From an uncultured Acidobacteriota bacterium (GTDB taxonomy: Bacteria; Acidobacteriota; UBA6911): a stretch of 64,000 nucleotides of DNA. The notes under the pieces were generated by a model. That model had not been told where the DNA came from. It saw only the letters and a list, made by a program, of their open reading frames with translations, and ran no database searches. The stretch lies in assembly GCA_963809485.1 (NCBI GenBank), contig CAWEJX010000006.1, positions 128,001 to 192,000 of the forward strand, given 5' to 3'. Shown here piece by piece: positions 19,361 through 29,690 of this stretch. Each line of letters starts with the position of its first letter. The first letter of the stretch is position 1. Made by a program: the position numbers and the translations under genes.

Positions 19361-19900
19361 TTAACAGCGCGATGCGATCCAGCCGCTGCCGCAGAGGGAG
19401 AAGCATTCGCCGCAGGCTCTGCAGGACAGCTCCGAGCCTTCGACAAGCTCCGGGTGGCGGTCGATGCCGCGGCCCTTGAAGTAGATCCTGTTTGCTTTCT
19501 TGACCTCGGAACAGTATCGCAGGCAAAGCCCGCAGAGACTGCAGTCCGTCATGCCGGTTTTGAAGCGGGAGGACGTGACGCCATATTCTTCGGCGTAAGG
19601 CTGCCAGGAGGGCCAGAGGAGTTCAATAAGCATGCGCCGGATGCGTTTGACTTTCTCGGTGCTGGTTTGGACGCGCAGGCCTTCCTCTACGGGGTAGACA
19701 CAGGAGGCGACCAGCCGTTTGCGGCCGCGCTGCGTCTCGATTTCGACCATGCACATCCGGCATCCGCCGTAAGCTTCCAGCCTTTTGTCGTCGCACAGCG
19801 TCGGTATTCTTATGCCCATGGACCTGGCCGCCTCAAGGACGGTTGTTCCCTGCCCGACTGTAACTTTCCGGCCATCAACTTCCAGATTTACGTTTTCCAT
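19361..19900 (-). CDS. Small Fe-S subunit (NuoG/HydA N-terminal-like: 2Fe-2S plus 2x4Fe-4S)
   Basis: IPTLC...GGCRMCMVE...LVASC, CSLCGLC..YC and CRACGEC..LC motifs. No H-cluster or molybdopterin domain. Confidence 0.85.
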   Translation of the reverse strand: MENVNLEVDGRKVTVGQGTTVLEAARSMGIRIPTLCDDKRLEAYGGCRMCMVEIETQRGRKRLVASCVYPVEEGLRVQTSTEKVKRIRRMLIELLWPSWQPYAEEYGVTSSRFKTGMTDCSLCGLCLRYCSEVKKANRIYFKGRGIDRHPELVEGSELSCRACGECFSLCGSGWIASRC

Positions 19901-19912
19901 AAAGACCTCGCA

Positions 19913-21832
19913 CTACGCTTTGGATTCAAGCAGGGTCGCTGTCCCCGCGGGTTGTTTCTGAAGGGTGTATGCAGGCACTTTGATCACTGCACTGAACTTT
20001 TCCGGGCAGGCCGAGAAGCATGCGCCGCACTTAATGCATTTTTCCTGGATAATCGTGAAAACCTTGTCCTCGGATTTGTCCACGGCGTTCACCGGGCAGT
20101 TCCGCAGGCAGGCGCCGCAGGCTTCGCATTTTTCCTGGTCGATCAGGTAGGCGATGAGCGCGGAGCAGACTCCGGCGGAGCAGCGTTTCTCTTTGATGTG
20201 CTCCTCGTATTCCTGGCGGAAATATTTCAGGGTGCTTTGAACCGGGAAGGGAGCGGACTGCCCCAAAGCGCAAAGAGAGGCGGCTTCCATAAACTCGGAG
20301 AGTTCCTCAAGCAGTTCGAGATCTCCGTCCTTCCCCTGGCCGGAGGTGATGTTGTTGAGGATGGTGAGCATCTGCCGAAGCCCCTCGCGGCAGGGGATGC
20401 ACTTCCCGCACGATTCATGAGCGAGGAAATTGGTGTAATAGCGCGCCGTGTCCACCATGCAGGTGTTTTCATCCATAACGATCATTCCGCCGGACCCCAT
20501 CATCGAGCCGACTTTGGTGAGTTCGTCGAAATCGACCGGCAGATCGAGCAGGGATTCAGGAATAACTCCGCCCGAGGGCCCGCCGGTCTGCACCGCCTTG
20601 AATTTCTTTCCCTTGGGCACTCCGCCGCCAATCTTAAAGATGATGTCGCGCAGGGTGATGCCCATGGGCACTTCCACGAGGCCGGTATTTTTAACTTTGC
20701 CGACCAGTGAAAATATCTTGGTTCCCTTGCTTCCCTCGGTCCCCATGCTGCCGAACCACGCGGCGCCCCGGTTTATGATGTGGGGAACGTTGGCCCAGGT
20801 CTCGACATTGTTCAGGCACGAAGGCTTGCCCCAGATGCCTTTTTCGGACGTATGGATGTATTTAGGGCGGGGTTCGCCGACATGCCCCTCGATGGCGCTC
20901 ATCAGAGCGCTGGATTCTCCGGACACGAAGGCGCCCGCGCCGCGGTGTATCTTTACGTCGAAGGAAAAGCCGGACCCGAGGATGTTCTTGCCCAGCAGGC
21001 CGTATTCCCGCGCCTGGTCCAGGGCCTTCACGGCATGCTTGCGCGCAAGCGGGTATTCCTGGCGCACGTAGATGAAGCCTTCCGAAGCGCCGATTGCATA
21101 GGCGCCCAGGATCAGGCCTTCCAGGACGCTGTGCGGATTGCCTTCGAGGATGCTGCGGTCCATGTAGGCGCCGGGATCCCCTTCGTCGGCATTGACGATG
21201 ACGTATTTGGGCTCGCCGTGCGCGTTGCGGGTTGTTTCCCATTTTCTGCCGGCCGGGAATCCACCGCCGCCGCGGCCGCGCAGGTTGGCGGCTTTGACCT
21301 CGTTGAGCACGGCTTCGGGCGTCATGCCGGTAAGAGCTTTGGCCAGGGCGGAATACCCTCCGACGGCGATGTAGTCCAGAATGCTGGAAGGATCGATCCG
21401 CACGTTGTTTTCGAGCAGAATCCTTTTCTGATACTTGTAGAACGGGATCTCGTCGAGATGCGCAAGGCGCTTGCCGCTTTCGTCGTCGAGGTACAGAAGG
21501 CGATCGACGGCCCCACTGCCGGCAACCAGATTGTCGATGATTGCGGGCACGTTCTTGGGCTGGGCTCCGAGGTAGCAGGCGTCCGAAGGCTGAATCACTA
21601 CCAGGGGGCCGCGTTCGCAGAATCCGTGACACCCGGTCCGGCGGACGCCAACCTGATTGCCGATTCCGCGCTTCTCGATCTCCTCTTCGAGAGAATCGGC
21701 AAGGATATCGGCTCCATAGGCGCGGCAGCCGGTTCCCGAGCAGACTGCCAGCCAGGTTTGCCTGCCGGTGCGCTGTGCTTTGATTTCTTCCCTGAGCCTT
21801 TCCAGATCCGCTGCGGTTTCTATGCGAGACAT
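19913..21832 (-). CDS. NuoF/HydB-like NAD(P)H-binding flavoprotein subunit
   Basis: N-terminal thioredoxin-like 2Fe-2S (CSGTGC..GCHGFC), LRGRGGGGFP, NADEGDPGAYMDR, ESCGKCIPCR and a C-terminal 2x4Fe-4S domain. Confidence 0.93.
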   Translation of the reverse strand: MSRIETAADLERLREEIKAQRTGRQTWLAVCSGTGCRAYGADILADSLEEEIEKRGIGNQVGVRRTGCHGFCERGPLVVIQPSDACYLGAQPKNVPAIIDNLVAGSGAVDRLLYLDDESGKRLAHLDEIPFYKYQKRILLENNVRIDPSSILDYIAVGGYSALAKALTGMTPEAVLNEVKAANLRGRGGGGFPAGRKWETTRNAHGEPKYVIVNADEGDPGAYMDRSILEGNPHSVLEGLILGAYAIGASEGFIYVRQEYPLARKHAVKALDQAREYGLLGKNILGSGFSFDVKIHRGAGAFVSGESSALMSAIEGHVGEPRPKYIHTSEKGIWGKPSCLNNVETWANVPHIINRGAAWFGSMGTEGSKGTKIFSLVGKVKNTGLVEVPMGITLRDIIFKIGGGVPKGKKFKAVQTGGPSGGVIPESLLDLPVDFDELTKVGSMMGSGGMIVMDENTCMVDTARYYTNFLAHESCGKCIPCREGLRQMLTILNNITSGQGKDGDLELLEELSEFMEAASLCALGQSAPFPVQSTLKYFRQEYEEHIKEKRCSAGVCSALIAYLIDQEKCEACGACLRNCPVNAVDKSEDKVFTIIQEKCIKCGACFSACPEKFSAVIKVPAYTLQKQPAGTATLLESKA

Positions 21833-22938
21833 TCTTGCGCCTCCTCTTTCTCCAGTGACTTGACGATTTTCTCGAGTTTGCTGCGCGACGGATCATGGTG
21901 GTACTGGGCGTCGATCTGAACCACCGGCGCCAGGGCGCAACACCCCAGGCAGTGGACGGTCTCGAGAGTGAATTCCTGCCGGCTGTCGGTCTGGCCCGGT
22001 TGAATGCCAAGCAAGGCTGAAACACGGATCAGCGTCTCCGATGCCCCGCGCACGTGACAGGCCGTCCCTGTGCAGACCTGGATGGTATGACGGCCGCGCG
22101 GTTCGAGGCTGAAGGCTTCGTAGAAGTTGGCGATTATGTAGATTTCCCGGAGGGGGATGTTGAGCCTGCCCGAGATCCAGCTGAGGATGTGGCGCGGCAG
22201 CCACCGGAAACGTTCCTGAACATCCAGAAGCACCTGGATGAGAGCGTTCTTCTGGAAATCATATTTGCGCATGATTGTGTCCGCGGCCAGCAGCTCATCG
22301 CGTATATCCAGTATTGCCCGCTCTTTCTTTTTGATCTGGCCCAGGCTTGCGGCATGATACTTGGCTTCGCTCTCGAGGTAAGCGAGTTCATCGAGCAGCT
22401 GCCGTTTTTCCATGCCCATTGAATAGGCTCCCCCAAGAACATCCAAGCCCTGCAGCAGCAGGTCGTACTTGTCGGATGCATGAGGCTCCGTCCCGGCGCC
22501 CGATTTCGATGCACTGGCCTCCTTGCGCAGGATGCTGAGGCTCAAGGCCCGGCGCACAGTCTCCAGAAGCTTTTCAGGATCGATGGGTTTGGTCAGAAAA
22601 TCGAAGGCTCCGAGTTTCATGGACTCGACAGCGGAATCCACCGTGGCGTGACCGGTGACGACGATCGGCACGGCTGTCGGCTCCGCTTTCACGATCAGGC
22701 CAAGCAGTTCGAGGCCGGGCAGGCCCGAAATTTTGAGATCGAGTAGCACCACCCCGGGGTGTGCCGAGCCCGCCATTTGAATACCCAGAGGCCCGTTGTT
22801 GGCCACGGCGGTCCGGTATCCGCCTCTCTCGAGAGTCTGACTGCAGGCCTCAGTGAAAATCTCTTCATCATCTATTATGAGTATGTCGAGCGGAGGTTTC
22901 ACAGGCCGCTCTTGATCAATTTTTTTATTTGCATCCAT
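21820..22938 (-). CDS. Response-regulator receiver domain fused to NuoE/HydC-like 2Fe-2S subunit
   Basis: N-terminal ILIIDDE...VLLD...VVTG...LTKP receiver. C-terminal LIQVL..VQ....LP, ANFY..FSL.PRG, CTGTACHVRG and CLGCCALAP. Confidence 0.88.
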   Translation of the reverse strand: MDANKKIDQERPVKPPLDILIIDDEEIFTEACSQTLERGGYRTAVANNGPLGIQMAGSAHPGVVLLDLKISGLPGLELLGLIVKAEPTAVPIVVTGHATVDSAVESMKLGAFDFLTKPIDPEKLLETVRRALSLSILRKEASASKSGAGTEPHASDKYDLLLQGLDVLGGAYSMGMEKRQLLDELAYLESEAKYHAASLGQIKKKERAILDIRDELLAADTIMRKYDFQKNALIQVLLDVQERFRWLPRHILSWISGRLNIPLREIYIIANFYEAFSLEPRGRHTIQVCTGTACHVRGASETLIRVSALLGIQPGQTDSRQEFTLETVHCLGCCALAPVVQIDAQYHHDPSRSKLEKIVKSLEKEEAQECLA

Positions 22939-23037
22939 AGGCAACCTCAAGGTTAGACAAGACGCTATTTCTTTGATTGCGCGAGGCGAAGTTTATTCAA
23001 CCATATCGCCAGGCGGCAAATTCGCCCCTGCTATATT

Positions 23038-23053
23038 AGCAAAAATTGGCCCA
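23038..23053 (-). promoter_or_regulatory. Candidate sigma-54 (-24/-12) promoter for the REC-NuoE/NuoF/FeS operon
   Basis: Minus strand TGGGCCAATTTTTGCT has GG-N10-GC spacing. It lies about 100 bp upstream of ATG 22938 with an AT-rich tract further upstream. Confidence 0.45.
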
Positions 23054-23486
23054 ATATCCGAAATCTTGTTTTTAGAGCTTGTGTTAATCTTTGTAATATA
23101 TTGAGAATAAAATACATATCTTCTTAAGAAATCCTCCACGAAAGGCCTAATTTTTCTGTTCCAATTTCACAACTGGCACTTTTTGTACCATTGCCCGGTT
23201 TTTGCGATTCGGATTGTTTTGAACTGCCTGGTTATCAGGCAAGCCGCAGCTTTCGGCCTGCGGCCAGGGAAAAATTGTCGAAGGATCTGCAGAGTCGTTT
23301 CTGCCGGAGAGGCTTTACATTTTGTTAAAAAAAACTTGACAAATATGTTAAGTCGCACAAAAATGCCATCAACTAATCCATTGATAGATGTGCAGTTCAT
23401 TGTTCCTATGGATTTCGGGGTATTCGCCCGGCCTGGAGCACATAAATCAATTTATGATTTAATCATTTTTCTTTTGCCAAGGGCCT

Positions 23487-23813
23487 ATGACATACAACCA
23501 GCGTGTGCTTTTGAAGGAACTGGATGCATTGATCGCCAACACCCCTAGCATTCATCTGTCGGAAATTGCGCGCACGCTTGGGGTTGACCGACACACAATC
23601 GAAAATGCCATGCGTAACACGCGGCACACTTCTTTTCGCGAATACCGGCGCACGGAACTGCTGCATATGGCCCGAGTGATGCTGGATCGGCCGAACATAT
23701 CGGTGAAGGAAGTGGGAATCAGGTTGGGATACTCATCGCCGGCATCCTTCTCGCGTTTTGTGCAGCAATCCACCGGTAAAAGTCCAAGCCAACTCAGGAA
23801 ATACGAGCTATAA
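23487..23813 (+). CDS. Stand-alone AraC-type HTH transcriptional regulator
   Basis: LSEIARTLGV...SVKEVG.RLGY.SPASFSRF....GKSPSQ.R. Confidence 0.85.
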   Translation: MTYNQRVLLKELDALIANTPSIHLSEIARTLGVDRHTIENAMRNTRHTSFREYRRTELLHMARVMLDRPNISVKEVGIRLGYSSPASFSRFVQQSTGKSPSQLRKYEL

Positions 23814-23998
23814 CCGTGCCTCCGAAGGCCTGAGCCCGCATCTCCTGAAGGGTGGCTCTTGTCTCAATGTCCGCCAATTCCGGAATTACCTGCAAGCCAA
23901 TTCTTATTATGCAGAAAGCAACCCCCTAATTCTCTGCGCTCTCAAAAAACGAAATGATGAGAAAACCCGGCATAGTGCGGGTTCTCGATTGTGGATGC

Positions 23999-24041
23999 GA
24001 TAAAAAGCAGCCACATATGATAAAAAGCAGCCACATATGAT
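23999..24041. repeat. Perfect 20 bp tandem duplication
   Basis: GATAAAAAGCAGCCACATAT twice, followed by GAT. Confidence 0.9.
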
Positions 24042-24089
24042 GTGTGTCCACTAGAATCAAAAGCCCATCATTTAATTCCTGATTCTATT

Positions 24090-24325
24090 GGTAAACTCCC
24101 GGCTCTGCCGGGGGACTCATAGAGTTTGACAGCTCCGTATTTTGAAACGCTGAGATACGCTGAAAAAAGCGCTGGCAAACGCCGATTTGTTCGGCGAGGG
24201 TTGGCGAGCAAAGGCCTCATCGGCTTTTGCCCGCGTAGGTCAGCGTTCAAGACCATCGTAACACCTACAACCGCTTTGAGCGGTTCCAATCCTTCAAGCC
24301 TCCGGCTTTGCCGGAGGTGCCTGAT
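24090..24325 (+). mobile_element. IS200-like non-autonomous element (both ends, no transposase)
   Basis: Left end ggtaaactcccggctctgccgggggactc..gtttgaca. Right end aaccgctttgagcggtt...aagcctccggctttgccggagg..ctga. Confidence 0.78.
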
Positions 24326-24768
24326 TGGCCAATTCTGCAAAATAATTTCACATTTAGCTAAATGATAGGCTATAATGCGCCTCTTATGCTTAGTATTTAG
24401 CCTGAAAGATAATTAAATGCTCTTGAATCTATTTTGCCGTCTGGCAATATTTTTGGTCGGTAAGGATTAAAAATGTTTAAGACTTGCCGCCGAAGGCTTG
24501 GGTTGGAAGGACGAGTGGAGGGGCTCTCCTTCATAGGGCTCGGATTCGGAGGCGCGTCAGGAAATTTCAATTCAGGAGACAGGGAATTCCATGAAGCGGG
24601 AAGGCTCGTCCAATCTCCCGCACATTTATCCATTCCTGGCACACGCCAGTTATGTCATTTGGTTGAAGTTGAAGAAGCAGAAGAATTCGGAATCGCGGGC
24701 ATCATTGAACCTGGCGAATGCAAGCCTGTGGTTTCTTCCTAAGTCAGATCAAGGGAGGAAGTTCTGTT

Positions 24769-27700
24769 ATGAATAAGTATCTAGTCGGGGCGGTTCTTTT
24801 GTGCCTTATGCTTACCGCGCCGGCGTTCAGTCAAAGCAACTCCAGCCTGAGCGGAACGGTTGCGGATGCCACCGGCGGTGTGCTGCCCGGTGTAGCCGTC
24901 ACGGCGACAAACAACGCGACGGGAGTCGCGACGCCTACCGTAACCAACGCAGCGGGCGTGTACAATTTCGCCAGCCTCCCGCCGGGAACCTACAAGGTCA
25001 CCGCGGAGCTGGCCGGTTTCCAGACGCAGACCTTCACGGACGTCCAGCTCAGGGCGGCCACCCAGGTCCGCCTGAATTTCACCCTGCAGGTGCGAAAATT
25101 GGAGCAGCAGGTTGAAGTGTCCATCTCAACGGAAAGACTTTTGCTGGAATCGAGTTCGTCGGTAGGACTGGCTCTTCCGGAAAAGACCGTGAACGAGCTG
25201 CCCCTGGTCAACAACAACGTGCTCGACCTCATCAAAGTCATGGGCGGAACAGTGCTGACGGACCAGAATCCCGTATTTGCCGCAGATACGACGGTTATGG
25301 CGGGCGTATCGGCCGGGAACATCAACCTGCAGCGCGATGGCGTGACGGTGAACGACGTCCGGTATTCGACCGGACTGAATTCGCCCCTGCGCCTCAACAA
25401 CGAAATGGTCGGCGAATTCAAGGTACTCCTTTCGCCTGTGGACGCCGAAGTTGGCCGAGGTGCCGGTCAGGTGCAGATCCTGTCGAAATCGGGCGGCAAC
25501 GCCTATCACGGCGGGGTGGTCTGGAGCGTCCAGAACTCGGCCCTGGACTCCAACGAGTATCACTACAACCGGACCGGGACGCAGCCCAACTGGCGCAACA
25601 TGAACGAATACACGGCCAGTGTCGGCGGCCCGATCATCAAGAACAAGACTTTTTTCTTCGTGATGTGGAACCAGCAGATCTCGCGGCAGCGCCAGAATGT
25701 CAACCCGATCGTTCTGACGCCGTGTGCCCGGAAAGGCATTTTCCGTTGGTATGACAACTGGATGAGCACCAACATCCTGGGTTCGGAAAGCACCACCGGC
25801 ATCACACCGACGCGCAGAGCCGTCGATGCCGAGGGCAATCCGATCGCGCCTGCGACAAATCCCGACGGGACAGCTTTCACGGGCAGGCTACACCATGGGT
25901 ATGTATTCGGCCAGCTGCTCAAGGAGCCCACGACCAACGACTGCTCCGATTTCAATGCGGCCACGGATGTAATACCGGGAACTCCGTACGATTTTTACCG
26001 GACTGGGCTCGACACCACCGGGTTCGTCTCGCGGTTCACCGAAATCATGCCGGTGACTAACAACTACGAGGTTGGCGACGGCCTGAATACCGGCGGCCAC
26101 AAGTGGCTGCTGCGGCTCAAAGGCGGGGACAACATTTTGGGTCTGGGCGAGGACAACCTGCGCAAGCAGATCAACGTCAAGGTCGACCACAATTTCAACG
26201 ACCGGCACCGCATCAGCGGGAGCTTTTCGTATGAGAAGTCGACGGCCGACGACAGCTTCCCGTCCTGGCCGAACGGCTACGGCGGATTTATTCAGCGGAA
26301 ACCGAAGTATGTTTCCGTACAGTTGACTTCCACGCTGAAGCCAACGCTGCTCAACGAATTCCGGTTCGGGATGTCGCGCACCGACAGTATGACCTACGAC
26401 GCCATTTTCAATCCGACGACGGGGTCCGACATGGTGGCTCTGATGCAGAGTCTCTATGACACCGACACATACCTGGCCGGCTCCGCCTACAAGGGGCTGC
26501 CCCTGCACGTCAACCCGGGCTCCGGGAACATGGGTTTCCACACCGATGTATTCAGCACCTTTGCATTTTTCAGCGGCACCCCTCAGAGCAACCCGGTAGG
26601 CAGCCGCGGCAACCTGCCTGTGCCGTTCGGCGGCTATGATCCGCGGTGGACTTACTCGGACACGCTCACGTGGACGAACGGAAGGCATTCGTTCAAATGG
26701 GGCGGCGAGCTGCGCATGTCCAAGTCCTACCAGGACCGGCAGGGCACGGGGCGGTTCTTCAATGACGCCAACGTATACACTTCGGTTGTCGGCGGCTCCA
26801 CTTCAAACTCCCAGATTTATGGAATCAGCGGCTTTGCCCCGGGATTGACCGGGCTGATAGGGTTCGCTCCCTATTTTGGCAGCTCGAACAGCATGGCGAA
26901 CCTCCTGAACTACTTCTCGGGATCGGTTGCCAATCTTCGCAACTACGTATATGTCAACTCCCCGACGGCGTTGAACTGGAGCGACTTCACCAAGGGCGAG
27001 CAAAACCAGATCTTCGACATCCGAATGAAGGAATGGGACATTTTCTTCAAGGACGACTGGAAGGTTACGGATGATCTCACTTTGAACCTTGGGGTACGCT
27101 ACGAATACTATGGCGTGCCTTATGTAGAGTCAGGTATGGCAGTCGGCCTCGAGGGCGGGCCCTCCTCGATATTCGGAATATCGGGAGGCGGTTTCGACAA
27201 CTGGCTGAGCGGAAATATCGACTCCACGGGTTCGCTGACGAAACAGACCTTCGTCGGGCCGAATTCGCCGAATCCGAGCCAGCAGGTCTACAAGGACGAC
27301 TGGAACAACATCGGACCGGCGGTGGGTTTTGCCTGGCAGCTTCCCTGGGGTGGAAAGGGCAAGACCACCCTGCGCGGCGGCTACCAGATCAGCTACATGC
27401 CGATCTCGCGCGCGGACGGCTTCGCGAACGTTATCGCGAATACCATCGGCACGAGCTACACCAACGTCTACAGCGGGGACAGCAGCACGCCTTACATGAA
27501 CTTTGCGATGCTGCCGAACCTGGTGCCGACCCAGATTCCCTCCGATGCGGTACCTCTTCAGATGATTCCGATCACGCAGAGAACCCAGGCTTACACCGTG
27601 TATGACGACAATCTGCGGAATCCGTATGTACAGAACCTGACGCTGGCCTTGGTGCGCAACATCGGATCCAACCTGACGGTGGACATGCGCTATATCGGTA

Positions 27701-29007
27701 CGCTGACGCGGAAATCGACCGGTACAGTGGCGCTGAACTCCGCCAATTTCGTGAACAACGGGCTTCTGGACGCGTTCAACGCAGCGCGCAGAGGCGGCGA
27801 TTCCCCGTTGCTGGACCAGATTTTCAACGGGATCAACTATGCCGGAACAGGTTATGGCCCGGTGGGAACCATTTACAACGGCGTTCTTCAGACTGGCGCC
27901 ATGCACCTTCGTGCATCCGGCAATACCAACTCCAACCTCGCCAACGGTAACTTTGCCGCACTGGCCGGAACTATGGCTACGGCGAACTACGTCACAACCA
28001 ACCCCGGTAACGAAGGTCTGCCCTTCGTTCCGAGCGGTGTCAATGGCTCCATTCTCCGATACAACGGTTTTCCGGAGAACTTTATATATACCAACCCGCA
28101 GTTCGCGACCGCGGACATGATAGGGAACCTGGCTTACAACAACTATCACGGCATGCAGGCCCAGGTGACCTTGCGCCCGACCCATGGCTTCAGCCTGGTG
28201 GGTACTTACACCTGGAGCCGGAACCTGGGGCTCCTCGCCAGCGGCTATACCAATCCGCTCGACAGGGCGGCGGACTACTCGCTGGTGAACGGTCACCGTT
28301 CGCACCAGCTGGTCACCTACGGCACGTTTGACCTGCCGTTTGGCCAGGGCCGGTCGCTGTTCAAGGACGTCAATCGGGCTGTGGATGCCTTCATCGGCGG
28401 CTGGCAGATGACGTGGATTTTCAACTATGCCAGTGGAAGCCCGAACAGCATCACGGCATCCACTACGTCGCTTTACAGCAATGCAATCCCGGACTTTGTC
28501 GGGCCGGAAGGCTCGTTCGACAACAAGATGGGACATGTAACGTGGGAGCCCGGTGCGGACAAGGGGAATTACTTCGACAACCGGTATGTGAAAATCAAGG
28601 ATCCGCAATGTGCGAATGTGACAACCGCACAAGGCCTGCAGAATGTCTGTACGATGCAGGCGCTGGCGCTTGCATCCGATGAGAGCGTAATCGTGTTCCA
28701 GAATGCAGCTCCTGGAACGCGGGGCAACTTTGGCCGGATGAATGTGACCAACCTGGGACGGTGGACGCTGGATGCAGCCATGGGCAAATCGTTCAGGGTT
28801 GCGGAAGGCAAGAGCTTCACGGTCCGGGTGGACGCCACGAACATATTCAACCATCCTATGCCATCGCTGGGCTACACGACGGTCAGCAGCCGGTCGGCCA
28901 TTGCAGCCAACCCGGATATGACTCTCAGTGGGACCAACGATTTCGGTTTACTGGATAACAAGGTCGGGACGCGTACCTTCCAGGCCAAGCTCCGCTTCGA
29001 CTTCTAG
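24769..29007 (+). CDS. TonB-dependent receptor, Oar-like with N-terminal carboxypeptidase-regulatory-like domain
   Basis: Signal peptide, LSGTV.D..G.VLPG, AEVGRGAG...SKSG.N, KDDWKV...LTLNLG.RYE and C-terminal Phe (LRFDF). ATG 24769 follows GGGAGG. Confidence 0.92.
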   Translation: MNKYLVGAVLLCLMLTAPAFSQSNSSLSGTVADATGGVLPGVAVTATNNATGVATPTVTNAAGVYNFASLPPGTYKVTAELAGFQTQTFTDVQLRAATQVRLNFTLQVRKLEQQVEVSISTERLLLESSSSVGLALPEKTVNELPLVNNNVLDLIKVMGGTVLTDQNPVFAADTTVMAGVSAGNINLQRDGVTVNDVRYSTGLNSPLRLNNEMVGEFKVLLSPVDAEVGRGAGQVQILSKSGGNAYHGGVVWSVQNSALDSNEYHYNRTGTQPNWRNMNEYTASVGGPIIKNKTFFFVMWNQQISRQRQNVNPIVLTPCARKGIFRWYDNWMSTNILGSESTTGITPTRRAVDAEGNPIAPATNPDGTAFTGRLHHGYVFGQLLKEPTTNDCSDFNAATDVIPGTPYDFYRTGLDTTGFVSRFTEIMPVTNNYEVGDGLNTGGHKWLLRLKGGDNILGLGEDNLRKQINVKVDHNFNDRHRISGSFSYEKSTADDSFPSWPNGYGGFIQRKPKYVSVQLTSTLKPTLLNEFRFGMSRTDSMTYDAIFNPTTGSDMVALMQSLYDTDTYLAGSAYKGLPLHVNPGSGNMGFHTDVFSTFAFFSGTPQSNPVGSRGNLPVPFGGYDPRWTYSDTLTWTNGRHSFKWGGELRMSKSYQDRQGTGRFFNDANVYTSVVGGSTSNSQIYGISGFAPGLTGLIGFAPYFGSSNSMANLLNYFSGSVANLRNYVYVNSPTALNWSDFTKGEQNQIFDIRMKEWDIFFKDDWKVTDDLTLNLGVRYEYYGVPYVESGMAVGLEGGPSSIFGISGGGFDNWLSGNIDSTGSLTKQTFVGPNSPNPSQQVYKDDWNNIGPAVGFAWQLPWGGKGKTTLRGGYQISYMPISRADGFANVIANTIGTSYTNVYSGDSSTPYMNFAMLPNLVPTQIPSDAVPLQMIPITQRTQAYTVYDDNLRNPYVQNLTLALVRNIGSNLTVDMRYIGTLTRKSTGTVALNSANFVNNGLLDAFNAARRGGDSPLLDQIFNGINYAGTGYGPVGTIYNGVLQTGAMHLRASGNTNSNLANGNFAALAGTMATANYVTTNPGNEGLPFVPSGVNGSILRYNGFPENFIYTNPQFATADMIGNLAYNNYHGMQAQVTLRPTHGFSLVGTYTWSRNLGLLASGYTNPLDRAADYSLVNGHRSHQLVTYGTFDLPFGQGRSLFKDVNRAVDAFIGGWQMTWIFNYASGSPNSITASTTSLYSNAIPDFVGPEGSFDNKMGHVTWEPGADKGNYFDNRYVKIKDPQCANVTTAQGLQNVCTMQALALASDESVIVFQNAAPGTRGNFGRMNVTNLGRWTLDAAMGKSFRVAEGKSFTVRVDATNIFNHPMPSLGYTTVSSRSAIAANPDMTLSGTNDFGLLDNKVGTRTFQAKLRFDF

Positions 29008-29032
29008 TTCGGACGGAATAGCCTGCTAACCG

Positions 29033-29073
29033 GAAAAACTCCCCCATGCGGTTCGGGGGAGTTTTTCTTTTTT
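29033..29073 (+). terminator. Rho-independent terminator
   Basis: gaaaaactccccc/gggggagtttttc stem plus T tract. Confidence 0.85.
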
Positions 29074-29690
29074 GGGCGAACAAATATTCCAGGAATTGCC
29101 TGCACGGAAAAACTGAAAGGCGAAATGACCTCACGCGGAGGCGCGGAGAGCGCGGAGTCCCGAAATGATATCTTCACGAACTTCCCGTCTCGGCGTGAAA
29201 CAGGCGGATCCCGGCTGTCTATAAATTCTTATCTCCGAAATTTGCGCAACCGGTGACCGAAAATCACAGGATCTTCCATAACTGCAATACATTTCTCCAT
29301 TTGGCAAATCGATTAACCTTACTTCGATGCAAATGCCCGCGCATTAATGATATAATGCATCTCTGGGCTTAGCCCATATCTCTCAGAATTTACCCATTGC
29401 TATTACTGTTGACGCTGCTGCTGATAATGGTAGTTTGCTGGCAGTGACCCACACTCACCTCGCTCCCATGGAAGCGCGCTGATTCGGCTTGAAATAACGG
29501 GGAATCCCACAAAGCGGGAACAACTTGCGATCTATCCCGCATCCGGTCTGATTTCCTCCCGGCCGCAGAGCAGGCAAGCCGGCCCGCGTCCGGGAAAGCC
29601 ATGAAGGGACGACCAGTCCGCGGGCCCTGTTTACCTGGCGAACAAAAGCCTGCGGCATCTTTCTTCACTGCAACAGGAGGGAATGCCGTT

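Noticed and set aside
23167-23548. ORFs in the AT-rich spacer between the NuoE operon and the AraC gene
   Set aside because: Composition fits a divergent promoter region, with no protein motifs.
29390-29690. Cobalamin or TPP riboswitch before the second TonB receptor
   Set aside because: I could not find the conserved B12-box or TPP CUGAGA/AUACCUG elements.
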